From NCBI GenBank assembly GCA_965649265.1, contig CBFGKC010000007.1:135594-180166 (forward strand): a stretch of 44,573 nt of DNA. Direction: 5' to 3'. Below are positions 9,201 through 18,244 of this stretch, one piece after another. The DNA comes from a candidate division WOR-3 bacterium (lineage in GTDB: Bacteria > Hydrothermota > Tepidihabitantia > B3-TA06). A program made the position numbers and the translations under genes. Below the pieces are notes generated by a model. The model had not been told where the DNA came from, searched no databases, and worked only from the letters and a program-made list of their open reading frames with translations. The stretch's first letter is position 1. Every line of letters starts with the position of its first letter.

Positions 9201-10384
9201 AGCTGCGCAGTGTAGCCGAACTGCCCATAAAGGAAGGCTCCAAGGTCCTTATCAGGGTGGACTACAACATCCCTGTCAACGAAAAGGGATTGATCACAGA
9301 TGATGCGAGAATCAAGGGAACCATTGATACCTTGCAATATATTCTTGGGAAAGGCGGAATACCCATAATACTCTCCCACTGGGGAAGGCCTGAAGTGGGT
9401 CCCAGACCGGACATGAGCCTTGCACGCGTTGTTCCGGAGCTGCAGAACCTTCTCGGGAAACACGTGAATTTCCTCATCGAACCTTTGGGTGACTCGACCA
9501 GGGCGAGTATCGCCGCGGCGAAACCTGGAGACATCTTTCTTTTAGAGAATCTGCGCTTCCACGCCGGCGAACGCAGGATTGACCCAGGCTTCGCGAAGGA
9601 GATCGCCGCTTACGGGAATTTTTACGTAAACGACGCCTTTCCGGTTTCGCACAGGGCTCAGACGAGTGTTTCGGTTCTGCCTACATTCTTTAAAGACCCT
9701 GCGGCCGGCTTCAGTCTGTTGAGAGAAGTAGATTACTTCTCCAGGGTCGTCTACTCCCCTGAAAGGCCCTACATCCTCGTAATAGGTGGAAAGAAGGTAG
9801 AGGATAAGGTCGGTGCGCTCCGTTTTCTGCTCGATAAGGCGGATGAGGTTCTCATAGGCGGCGGCTCGTGCTACACCGTTCTCGCGGCTAGAGGTTATCC
9901 TATAGGACGCTCAGTACTAGATAAAGACATGGTCGATGAAATAGACGACATAGCGGATTCTTTAAAGGTCAAAACGCCCGTGGATCATGTCGCTGCACCG
10001 TCATACTCCGAACCAGAAAAGGCGATGGTAGTCTCCACGGAGGCGTTTCCGGACGACATGGCGGGTCTCGATATAGGCCCTGAAACGTGCAAGATGTTCG
10101 TGAAGTCGATAGCCGCAGCCAAGACCATCCTCTGGTTCGGCCCACTTGGCGCTTATGAGGAAAAGGCCTTTTCGAAAGGATCGCGCGAGATTGCAGAGGC
10201 CATGGCCGAGGCGACAAAGCGTGGTGCAGTGACCGTAACAGGCGGCGGCGATTCACTCGCAATGCTCAAGTCGTTCGGGCTCGAGGATTCCCTCAGCCAC
10301 GCCTCGATTGGGGGCGGAGCCTGCCTTCACTTCCTCGAAGGTAAAGAGCTTCCGGGCATCACGCCTCTGATCAAGGAACGTTAG
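9197..10384 (+). CDS. pgk: Phosphoglycerate kinase
   Basis: RVDYNIP, SHWGRP, LLENLRF, NDAF..SHR, LDIGP, GGGDS. Start moved to ATG 9197, an ATGA overlap with the gap stop. Confidence 0.95.
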   Translation: MKLRSVAELPIKEGSKVLIRVDYNIPVNEKGLITDDARIKGTIDTLQYILGKGGIPIILSHWGRPEVGPRPDMSLARVVPELQNLLGKHVNFLIEPLGDSTRASIAAAKPGDIFLLENLRFHAGERRIDPGFAKEIAAYGNFYVNDAFPVSHRAQTSVSVLPTFFKDPAAGFSLLREVDYFSRVVYSPERPYILVIGGKKVEDKVGALRFLLDKADEVLIGGGSCYTVLAARGYPIGRSVLDKDMVDEIDDIADSLKVKTPVDHVAAPSYSEPEKAMVVSTEAFPDDMAGLDIGPETCKMFVKSIAAAKTILWFGPLGAYEEKAFSKGSREIAEAMAEATKRGAVTVTGGGDSLAMLKSFGLEDSLSHASIGGGACLHFLEGKELPGITPLIKER

Positions 10385-10403
10385 GAATTTTCCGACTATT
10401 TTG

Positions 10404-10434
10404 AGGGGACGAACCAAGAGTCGTCCCCTTTTTT
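10404..10434 (+). terminator. Intrinsic terminator after pgk
   Basis: AGGGGACGA...TCGTCCCCT followed by a T tract. Confidence 0.85.
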
Positions 10435-10469
10435 ATTGCATTGTTCCCGGATAACGGATATAATTGAGC

Positions 10470-11879
10470 ATGGCTGGACCGCGTTTCCTTTTTGCCCTGT
10501 GGACCGGAAAGCTTCTTCAAAAATTGTCGCGGCTAGCCGGACGGGGAGGGGGGACGGCAATGCCCGGGCTTGTCGCGACAAAACTCGATCCGGAATTTCT
10601 AACGACGATTGCTTCAGGTCTGGCTGAGGGCTCGGTAGCGGTAACGGGGACCAACGGTAAAACGACGACCACGAGGATGATTTCAGATATACTAAGGACA
10701 GCAGACCACAACCCGATCACGAACAGACAGGGCTCTAACCTAGTACGCGGTATCGCCTCAGCAGCCCTTGCAAGGGCGTCGCTTTCAGGAAAACTTTCAC
10801 AGGATATAGGCCTTTGGGAAGCGGATGAAGCCGCCTTCTCCCCCATCTCGGACGCCGTCAAGCCAAAGCTCATTGTAGTCAACAACCTGTTCAGGGACCA
10901 GCTCGATCGCTACGGCGAGGTGGAAAGGCTGCGCACAAGCATCAAAGACGCCATCGCTAAGCTTCCACAGCCCCCCGACGGAAGAGGAACGATACTCGTG
11001 TTGAATGCCGACGATCCGATGGTGGCGTCACTGGGGCATGATTTTCAAGGAAAGGTGCTTTACTTCGGACTCGGCGACGAAAGCTGGCGGCTCAAGGGAA
11101 AGGTTCACGCGATAGACGTGAGAACATGCCGGCTGTGCGGAGGAGAGCTGAAATACCGCATCAACTTTCTCGGTCACATGGGCGACTGGACATGCGCTAA
11201 GTGCGGATTTTCAAGACCTGAGCTGGATATAAGGGCCGAGAATGTCATACACAAGGGTATGACGGCGATGGAAGCGAAGGTTTCCACACCTGCAGGCGCG
11301 TTCCATATGACACTCAACCTCTCGGGGATATACAACGTTTACAACGTTCTTGCGGCGACCGCCGCCGCTGTTGCGCTGGGCATAGATATCTCGACCGTTC
11401 AGAAGAGTATCGCGGGATTCAGACCCGCTTTCGGCAGATTCGAGAATCTGGTCGTCGATAAGAGAAACGCTTTTCTCATGCTCATAAAGAATCCGACTGG
11501 GGCCAACGCCGTGCTTGAGACTCTTCTTGCGGCAAACAAGGAACCTTTCGAAATCCTGATTGCGATCAACGATTTGACAGCCGACGGCAGGGACGTTTCG
11601 TGGCTGTGGGATGCGGACTTCGAGCTTCTTTCAGGACACGTCGAACATGCATGGACATCGGGCATCCGCGCGGCTGACATGGCCTTGAGGTTGAAATACG
11701 CCGGGTTGGACCGGAAAATAATAACCGCCGGTGATGATATCGAGAAAACCCTCTTCGACGCCCTGAAGCAGGTTCCCGAACAAGGCACGCTTTACGTGCT
11801 TCCGACCTACACGGCCATGCTCGCAGTACAGGCCGCGATGGCCAAAAGGGGGTACAAAATGGAGTACTGGAAGGAATGA
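10470..11879 (+). CDS. murT: Lipid II isoglutaminyl synthase subunit MurT (Mur ligase + DUF1727)
   Basis: GGTAMPG, TGTNGKTTT, NLFRDQLDRYGE, CxxC...CxxC, IKNPTG, DGRDVSWLWD. ATG 10470 lies 5 nt after TATAAT (10459-10464). Confidence 0.92.
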   Translation: MAGPRFLFALWTGKLLQKLSRLAGRGGGTAMPGLVATKLDPEFLTTIASGLAEGSVAVTGTNGKTTTTRMISDILRTADHNPITNRQGSNLVRGIASAALARASLSGKLSQDIGLWEADEAAFSPISDAVKPKLIVVNNLFRDQLDRYGEVERLRTSIKDAIAKLPQPPDGRGTILVLNADDPMVASLGHDFQGKVLYFGLGDESWRLKGKVHAIDVRTCRLCGGELKYRINFLGHMGDWTCAKCGFSRPELDIRAENVIHKGMTAMEAKVSTPAGAFHMTLNLSGIYNVYNVLAATAAAVALGIDISTVQKSIAGFRPAFGRFENLVVDKRNAFLMLIKNPTGANAVLETLLAANKEPFEILIAINDLTADGRDVSWLWDADFELLSGHVEHAWTSGIRAADMALRLKYAGLDRKIITAGDDIEKTLFDALKQVPEQGTLYVLPTYTAMLAVQAAMAKRGYKMEYWKE

Positions 11880-12634
11880 TGAAGCTCCACCTTGCATATC
11901 TATATTCGGACCTTATGAACATCTACGGCGACCGCGGCAACGTCATCACACTCTCGGAAAGGTGCCGTTGGAGAGGAATAGAACTCGAAGTGAGCGAATT
12001 GACAATAGGCCAAAGGCTTGACCCGTTAGCTTATGACCTGTATTTCTTCGGAGGCGGCCAGGACAGGGAACAGATTGCCGTTGCGGACGATTTGAGGGTG
12101 ACCAAGGGCGAGGCGCTGAAGAAAGCGGTTGATGAAGGCGCGGCACTTTTATCTATATGCGGCGGCTATCAGCTGCTCTGCCGCTACTACCAGCCGTTCG
12201 ATTCGGAAAAACTCGAAGGGATCGGTCTGTTTGATGCATGGACGGACGCATCGAAATTGAGGATGATCGGCAACCTTGCGATTACTGTTTCACCGGACAT
12301 AGCCCGAGATTTGGCCGACGCACCGAGTACGGTTGTTGGTTTCGAAAACCACAGCGGCAAGACCTATCTTGGACAAGGTGCAAAACCCTTCGGCAAGGTG
12401 GACGTAGGTTTTGGAAACAACAGCCATGACGATACCGAAGGTGCCTGCTACAAACACGCGATAGGCTGCTATCTTCACGGTTCACTTCTGCCCAAGAACC
12501 CTCACATTGCCGATCTCCTGATCCGCTGGGCGCTCGAACGCCGTCACGACAAGGTTGGCCTGGCGCCTCTGGATGACACCCTCGAGTGGAACGCACACGC
12601 ATCCGCGCTCAAACGCGCGCGCGAAACGCACTGA
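11876..12634 (+). CDS. gatD: CobQ-like glutamine amidotransferase GatD
   Basis: NIYGDRGN, GGGQD, CGGYQ, FENH, YLHGSLLPKNP. Translationally coupled to murT. Confidence 0.92.
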   Translation: MMKLHLAYLYSDLMNIYGDRGNVITLSERCRWRGIELEVSELTIGQRLDPLAYDLYFFGGGQDREQIAVADDLRVTKGEALKKAVDEGAALLSICGGYQLLCRYYQPFDSEKLEGIGLFDAWTDASKLRMIGNLAITVSPDIARDLADAPSTVVGFENHSGKTYLGQGAKPFGKVDVGFGNNSHDDTEGACYKHAIGCYLHGSLLPKNPHIADLLIRWALERRHDKVGLAPLDDTLEWNAHASALKRARETH

Positions 12635-12850
12635 TTAGCACCCTCCCACTCACCTGGAAAGAAATCAAAATCTCTCTATGCGTTTATTTTTGACACAGTA
12701 AATTCATATGCAAAGATTAAATAACCTTTGAAAGACACAAAACAGTCTATTAGCGAAGCCGAGGTAACTCTGAAAGGGCATCCTTGACCATTCGAAACAT
12801 TCATATATACATTTTCAAAAACCACGCCATCTTGCTGTTAGCCCAAGTGC

Positions 12851-12932
12851 CTGGAGTTCTGAGGAGTTCTGAGGAGCTCTGAGGAAGGCTCTGAGAAGGA
12901 TTCTGAGGAGGGCTGAGGAGGGCTGAGGAGGG
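12851..12932. repeat. Degenerate tandem array of ~10-bp CTGAGGAG(GG/TT) units
   Basis: About 8 units ending directly at the murJ stop (12933-12935). Confidence 0.9.
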
Positions 12933-14501
12933 CTATTTACGTTTGAGGATACGTGAAAGCTCGTTTATCTTTAGAAGTTTCGCGATGAGGAAGTAGAGTA
13001 AAAGGAAAAGAACTACGGCACCCGATAGCAATGCCAGCGTTGGCCAGAAACCCTTGATTAGAGGTAAGAGCAAGAACCTATAGCAAAGCCAGAGAGGTGC
13101 GACACTGAGTACAGCAGCAAGCGCCACCCTCAAGCCGTAGAGAACGTGGTCCGCGGACTGCCACGCAGGGAACTTGCGCTTGAGGAGGATCATGAGAAGT
13201 ATCATGGAGACGAACGACGCGATGGCGGTATCCATCGCGAGCGCACGGAACTTCAGGATTCCCATAAGCGAGACGTTCATGACGACGTTCAGGGCCGCCG
13301 AACCGAGGTTCACGAACATGGGTGTGCGGGCGTCCTTGAACGCGTAAAATGCGCCTGCAAGGGTTCTTACAGAAGCGGCAGCCCAGATGCCGGAGACGTA
13401 AAGCATGAGGGCGTGGGAAGTGTTGACTGTATCCTTGGTCGTGAACGCGCCGTGTTCGTAAATCACACGAATTATAGGCTCCGCGAACGCGACGAAGAAA
13501 AGAAGCGTCGGGATGAGAAGGACGGATACAGTCCGCAGCGACCGCTGCAGGGAATGATTGAGGCCTTCCATATCACCCGTGGAAAGCTGTCGGGCAAACA
13601 AGGGCAGGCTAACGGTACCGATTGCCGCGCCGAAAAGCCCCATCGGCAGATGCATGATTCGGTAAGCGTAGGAGAGCCAGGATACCGACCCCTGTTCGAG
13701 AAACGCGGCAAGAAAAGTATCAACAGCAACGTTGATTTCCACAATTGCCAGACCGATAACCACCGGCCCCCAGAGTTTCAACACCCGCCAGAGGTCGGGC
13801 GAACGCCAGTTAACGTATGGTCGGTAGCGGTAACCCTTGGGCCACACCGCAATATAAGTTACTATAAACTGAATGAATACGCCGGCAATACCTCCCACGG
13901 CCATGCCGATAACTGGATCTAAACCTTGACTCACCCAGTAGTTATATGTCAGATATGCGCTGCCGATAGAGATGATGTTGAAGAAAGCCGAGCTTACGGC
14001 AGGAAGAAAAAAACTGTGATGGGCGTTCAGGACACCGGTCGACCACGCGGAAAGCGATATAAAAAGCAGAAACGGAAAGAGTATGCGGTTGAGAAGCGTT
14101 GTAAGTTCCATTTTGCCGGGCACTTTTTGAAACCCGTGACCGATCACGGAAACGATCTGCGGTGAAAAGATGACGCCCACTGCGACAAGCACTCCGACAG
14201 CGATGAAAAGTGTGTTAAAAAGATTGTTGGCGAAGCGCCATATCTCGCGTTTATCCGTGTGTTGCATCTTGTCTACGAACACGGGAACAAATGATGCGGA
14301 AAGGGCGTTTTCGGCGAAGAAATCGCGCAGAAGGTTTGGAATCCGGAAAGCCACCTCAAAAGCGTCCTTGGCGAAGCCGGCGCCGAACAGCTGGGCCATC
14401 ACCATTTCGCGTAAGAGCCCGGTAATGCGCGAGATACCGGTCGCTATGCTGAAACCGGCTACCCCTTTGCGGAAGCTTGGCTGCTCAGTGCTTTTACCCA
14501 A
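12933..14501 (-). CDS. murJ: Lipid II flippase MurJ (MviN)
   Basis: SRITGLLRE, AFRIPNLLR..FAE.AL...FVP, many TM helices. TTG start. Confidence 0.95.
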   Translation of the reverse strand: MGKSTEQPSFRKGVAGFSIATGISRITGLLREMVMAQLFGAGFAKDAFEVAFRIPNLLRDFFAENALSASFVPVFVDKMQHTDKREIWRFANNLFNTLFIAVGVLVAVGVIFSPQIVSVIGHGFQKVPGKMELTTLLNRILFPFLLFISLSAWSTGVLNAHHSFFLPAVSSAFFNIISIGSAYLTYNYWVSQGLDPVIGMAVGGIAGVFIQFIVTYIAVWPKGYRYRPYVNWRSPDLWRVLKLWGPVVIGLAIVEINVAVDTFLAAFLEQGSVSWLSYAYRIMHLPMGLFGAAIGTVSLPLFARQLSTGDMEGLNHSLQRSLRTVSVLLIPTLLFFVAFAEPIIRVIYEHGAFTTKDTVNTSHALMLYVSGIWAAASVRTLAGAFYAFKDARTPMFVNLGSAALNVVMNVSLMGILKFRALAMDTAIASFVSMILLMILLKRKFPAWQSADHVLYGLRVALAAVLSVAPLWLCYRFLLLPLIKGFWPTLALLSGAVVLFLLLYFLIAKLLKINELSRILKRK

Positions 14502-14507
14502 TAAATT

Positions 14508-14535
14508 ATTATACTGCCTTATCTTAAGAGGTCAA
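14508..14535 (-). promoter_or_regulatory. sigma70-like promoter TTGACC-16-TATAAT, probably leaderless murJ
   Basis: The TTG start at 14501 lies 6 nt after the -10. Confidence 0.7.
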
Positions 14536-14560
14536 GACCCCGCTCGCCCATATTAGTGAG

Positions 14561-14675
14561 AAAAGTGGGACAAAAGATGGACAAAATATGGGGTAAAAGG
14601 AAATCAGGTTTAACGAACCGCGTCAAAAATGTGGATAACTAAGTAGGACAAAAGTTGGTCAAAAGTGGGACAAAC
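14561..14675 (-). repeat. Inverted-repeat element (right copy) with DnaA box and 11-bp iterons
   Basis: TGTGGATAA at 14630-14638. GTGGGACAAAA-like units at 14565, 14576, 14643, 14654 and 14665. Confidence 0.85.
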
Positions 14676-14844
14676 CGGCCTTTTTGAGGGTTTTTGGGGA
14701 TCAAGACGGGATAATTTTACATGTCAAAATAACTGTATTTCAGGACGAGATTTCGATTATCGCAGGGAAGTCTGCCTGCCGAAAAATTAAGAAAGAGTCA
14801 AACTTCCGTTTCAGACCAGGGTCAATCCTCAGGATGACATGTGT

Positions 14845-14924
14845 GTGTTACGGGGTGTTACGGGGTGTTACGGGGTGTTGCGGGGTGTTGCTGGGTGTTG
14901 CGGGGTGTTACGGGGTGTTACGGG
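14845..14924. repeat. Tandem array of 8 x GTGTTRCGGG (10-bp period)
   Basis: Five exact GTGTTACGGG copies and three variants, counted directly. Confidence 0.95.
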
Positions 14925-15023
14925 CGATGACTTTCAGGGAAAGTCGCGAGAAGTTTTCCTTCGAGACAAAAAGGTAAGGGAAAACTTCAGAAAGTGGTCA
15001 GTCGGGGCAGGATACCCACACTT

Positions 15024-15360
15024 CTAACTCCTCTTCCATTGGGAGAGGAGATCCCCACCCTCGCCCTTTGGGAGAGGGTTGAGGTAAGGGAACCGCATAC
15101 CTCCCCCTTGGCGGAGATGAGGGCTATACTTCAGGGAAGCGTCGGGTGAGGTGCCCCTAAGGGGGGTAGGGGTTATTTTCCTTGCGTCATTGCGAGCAAG
15201 CCAAAGGCTTTCGTGGCTCCGAAGGATGAACGCAGGGAGTAATCTCATAATACCGCAACAAAACCACTGGGATTGAAGCCACATGATTGGAGATGGGGGG
15301 AGAAATCGTGTGTCTTTGCGAGGAGTAACGAAGTTAGGACGAAGCTCCGAAGGGCGACCT
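15024..15360. repeat. Cluster of REP-like palindromes (CCCTC..GGGAGAGG and GTCWTTGCGAG..AATCTC types)
   Basis: Hairpins at about 15029-15050 and 15058-15078; GTCATTGCGAG at 15186 and GTCTTTGCGAG at 15312. Confidence 0.6.
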
Positions 15361-15427
15361 CCAGTCACCTCACCATCTATTCACGAAGTGAATGCTCCTT
15401 GATTGCATTTTTTTAGATTGCTTCGGT

Positions 15428-15490
15428 CGCCGGAAGCGGCTTGCGGAACTCAGTTCCGCCCAAGCCCCTCTGGGGCTAGCTCGCAAAGAC
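15428..15490 (+). repeat. 63-bp direct repeat, copy 1
   Basis: 61/63 identical to 16562-16624. Confidence 0.92.
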
Positions 15491-15521
15491 ACTCGCAACG
15501 ACATGTAGGGGCTTCAGAAAC

Positions 15522-15548
15522 GTAGGGGCTGACCTTTAGATCAGCCCG
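15522..15548 (+). repeat. GTAG-type REP palindrome
   Basis: GTAGGGGCTGACCTTTAGATCAGCCCG; inverted partner at 16029-16055. Confidence 0.85.
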
Positions 15549-15560
15549 AATGCTCGGACC

Positions 15561-16001
15561 TTATAACCAATTCCACCAGTTTCTAATCTTTGATGCTATT
15601 TGGTTAGAAGGGGTATTTTCTGAATTTGGTAAGAAATGAAGTCGTCTTTCATCTAAAAAACCCGAATTAACCAACTCCTGTTCTTTTAGAACTACAACCC
15701 CTGCAATAACCCATTTAGCCTCAATTATTTTTTTGATGTATTCTATACCCTTAGGATATTTGTAACCTCCGTCAATTCTTAAAGGAACTAGAATGTTTTC
15801 GTGGTTTTTATTATCTCGTAGGAAAACTTCTGGGGTAATCATTTTTTCTTGCAGCGCGGAAAGATGAATATAGATTTTCAAAACACCCATATCACTTGTC
15901 GTCACGTCCCATTCACCAAACTTGTAAACTCCGGTCAATGCTCTTATGGTTGATGTTTTCCTAACCTTCCTATGGCCCATAATAATAAACACTCGCGGCA
16001 T
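15561..16001 (-). CDS. AT-rich hypothetical protein with degenerate P-loop-like N-terminus
   Basis: RBS GGAGG; 'VFIIMGHRKVRKTSTIRAL'. Confidence 0.75.
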   Translation of the reverse strand: MPRVFIIMGHRKVRKTSTIRALTGVYKFGEWDVTTSDMGVLKIYIHLSALQEKMITPEVFLRDNKNHENILVPLRIDGGYKYPKGIEYIKKIIEAKWVIAGVVVLKEQELVNSGFLDERRLHFLPNSENTPSNQIASKIRNWWNWL

Positions 16002-16028
16002 TTAACCTCCTGTGTGGTTTTGTATTTC

Positions 16029-16055
16029 CGGGCCGACCTGAAGGTCGGCCCCTAC
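16029..16055 (-). repeat. GTAG-type REP palindrome (inverted partner)
   Basis: Reverse complement is GTAGGGGCCGACCTTCAGGTCGGCCCG, with a perfect 10-bp stem. Confidence 0.85.
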
Positions 16056-16071
16056 GGATTTCTCTGTGGAT

Positions 16072-16413
16072 TTATTTTTTTGCAAGTTTTTCAGCCTTTT
16101 CCTCAGCTTTCACCAATTGTTTCAATGTTAGATCACATTCTTGAATAAACTGGTCAATCTCTTCTTCTGGCTCTTCGTTGAGTTTTTCATTTTGTATGTG
16201 CATATACTTTTCGTATTGGAAGTGAAGTCTACATATAGAGTTCAAAGTACCCACATCAATAATCTTCTCACTATAAAGAATTTGAGCTGCTTTACTCGGA
16301 TTATGCCCCATTGTTTCGTAGTCGTGGTTCTGGTCGTAATTCTTAACGAATAGTTCGTAAACCTTCCTTCTTATGGGCTTCCAAGCATCTTTGACTCTTT
16401 CGTAGACAGTCAT
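16072..16413 (-). CDS. AT-rich hypothetical helical protein
   Basis: RBS AAGGAG; upstream TTGACA-17-TAATCT (16469-16497, minus strand). Confidence 0.7.
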   Translation of the reverse strand: MTVYERVKDAWKPIRRKVYELFVKNYDQNHDYETMGHNPSKAAQILYSEKIIDVGTLNSICRLHFQYEKYMHIQNEKLNEEPEEEIDQFIQECDLTLKQLVKAEEKAEKLAKK

Positions 16414-16561
16414 TAATTTCTCCTTTGTCCTTGCAGGCTATTTTGGTTCTCCTGTTAAATTGTAAAAAAGATTAATCCTAAAATTTAATTTTGTCAAGCA
16501 CCATAGGAGATTGCTCCGCACACGTCACCCCCCGGAGTTCCCTTCGTTCGGTGCTTCGTAC

Positions 16562-16624
16562 CGCCGGAAGCGGCTTGCGGAACTCAGTTCCGCCCATGTC
16601 CCTCTGGGGCTAGCTCGCAAAGAC
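16562..16624 (+). repeat. 63-bp direct repeat, copy 2
   Basis: 61/63 identical to 15428-15490. Confidence 0.92.
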
Positions 16625-16690
16625 GGGTGAGGAGGGTTTCACCGCCCCCTCCCCCCCATTAATAAGGGGGGGGCGTACACCTGCGGTCAG

Positions 16691-16828
16691 AGGGTGTGTT
16701 ATTTTCTTACTGCACAAGCTGCATATGGGAACGCCCTATGAGACATAGCCATATCTGAAGGGGCGGACCCTGACCTATGTGATGGAAAATCATCCCAAGG
16801 GTCAGACCCTGCCCCAAAGGGGGACGGG
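16691..16828. repeat. Dispersed repeat with GGGTCAGACCC palindrome (copy 2)
   Basis: 16790-16815 is identical to 191-216. Confidence 0.8.
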
Positions 16829-16868
16829 CGGGGTCCCCAAAGAATCTATTCCATAGATTCTTTGGGGT

Positions 16869-16900
16869 AAAAAAGAGCCGCCCCTTTACAGAGGCGGCTC
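16869..16900 (-). terminator. Intrinsic terminator of the TonB-C gene
   Basis: GAGCCGCC...GGCGGCTC stem with a T6 tail on the minus strand. A further perfect hairpin lies at 16835-16867. Confidence 0.8.
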
Positions 16901-16933
16901 GACCACAAAACCAGGGAGGGAGAAGAAAGAAAT

Positions 16934-17572
16934 TTATTTCAGCCTGAAGCTGAAGGGGATGACCGCGTAGGTCTTAACAGCGTTGCCCTCTTTCATTGCA
17001 GGCTTGAACGTCCACTGCCCGGCCGCGTTTAACGCGGCTGAATCGAGCGCGGCGAACCCTGAGCTTTGTGCGATTGAAGTTTTCACGACCTTGCCGTCTT
17101 TACCCAGAAGCACCCTGACCATCGCCTGCCCCTCGAGACCGGCCTCCTTCGCATCTGGGGGATATTCTGGCTTGACCTGGTCGAGTGGTTCCGGCTTCAC
17201 CTCGAGTTCCTCGTAAGGGATTATTGTAATGAACTCGAAGGGCATGCCCAGCGTCGTGCGGACTTTCCTGCCGCCGGAGACGGGCGGGGTAAAGCTGTAA
17301 CCCAAGCCTGCCTCGAGGGCGGCGTTGTCGAGATCGGTGTGACCCGAGCTCGCGGCGAGCTTCGTTTCGGTTACCTTGCCGTCGGTATCTATCTTGAGTT
17401 CGACGACGGCGACGCCTTCACGTTCGCGCTTGCGTGCGTCCTCGGGGTAGACGGGATTTTTGGAAGTTATGACTTTCAAGGGCGAATCGAGCTTGTCAGG
17501 TGCCACTGTTTTCACGCACCCTGTAAGACCTGAAAGGACTACTGCCGAAACAAAAAGGATTCTTAGCTTCAT
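16934..17572 (-). CDS. Lipoprotein with two tandem TonB C-terminal domains
   Basis: Lipobox LTGC; two 'P.YP.DA....EG...V......DGKV.....A.SSG...LD.AAL' units. Confidence 0.85.
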   Translation of the reverse strand: MKLRILFVSAVVLSGLTGCVKTVAPDKLDSPLKVITSKNPVYPEDARKREREGVAVVELKIDTDGKVTETKLAASSGHTDLDNAALEAGLGYSFTPPVSGGRKVRTTLGMPFEFITIIPYEELEVKPEPLDQVKPEYPPDAKEAGLEGQAMVRVLLGKDGKVVKTSIAQSSGFAALDSAALNAAGQWTFKPAMKEGNAVKTYAVIPFSFRLK

Positions 17573-17766
17573 GGCGCTTCCTTGTCTTTGTATTGTTTAC
17601 GGATGCCCGGCGGTATCCGACCCAAAGTCCCTCCTCCAACCCTCCTCCTGCCCCCCTCCTGAATATGACCACTAATATTCTTAACTGACCTAATAAATTA
17701 TAGCCCCTGCCCTGAATCTGTCAAGCAGCCGCTTGTGGCTTTACGCCTGTCAGACCCCGCCGGCTT

Positions 17767-18213
17767 TTACTGCGTCGGCTGACTCGCGGCGGGAGGGTTC
17801 GTGCGTCTTTCAATCTGCTCCGGCGTAGAAACCATAATACCCGGGTGGGCGTAGCCCCAACGAGCGGCTTCACAATTGCTTGCCGCCCAATCGCGGTGAC
17901 CCTTGTCGGGGATAAAATCGCAAAGCCTGACAAGCATACCGGCTATATTCTCACACATCTGCCAGTCGCGATGCTCCTGCCATTTGACTTCCTTGTTGGC
18001 GGCATAAAGCATACGGCATCCTTCAAGAAAACGGTCCCGGTAAAACGTCGTCTGAAAAACAACCTTGCCTGAAGCGACGGCCTGTTCGACCCATTTCACG
18101 AATACCGCGCTGCTGCCCTCACCACAATATTTGCTTTCCTGAACCTGGGCCGTCACCAAAACAGGCACCGCCAAGCTTATGAGAAGTGCTGCATTAGGGA
18201 TTATCTTTCTCAC
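17767..18213 (-). CDS. Secreted Cys-containing hypothetical protein
   Basis: GTG 18213 after AAGGAGG; signal peptide 'MRKIIPNAALLISLAVPVLVTA'. Confidence 0.7.
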   Translation of the reverse strand: MRKIIPNAALLISLAVPVLVTAQVQESKYCGEGSSAVFVKWVEQAVASGKVVFQTTFYRDRFLEGCRMLYAANKEVKWQEHRDWQMCENIAGMLVRLCDFIPDKGHRDWAASNCEAARWGYAHPGIMVSTPEQIERRTNPPAASQPTQ

Positions 18214-18244
18214 CTTGTTCCTCCTTTGTTGTATTAAGTGTTTC

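Noticed and set aside
14845-14924. Tandem arrays (also 12851, 19133, 27019, 42321) as CRISPR
   Set aside because: Units are 9-14 bp, there are no unique spacers, and no cas genes are present.
14684-15368. ORFs 14684..14977, 14839..15027 and 15024..15368
   Set aside because: They are translations of tandem repeats and palindromes.
15020-16870. Integron cassette array
   Set aside because: No integrase and no convincing RYYYAAC...GTTRRRY attC structure; the repeats are REP-like.
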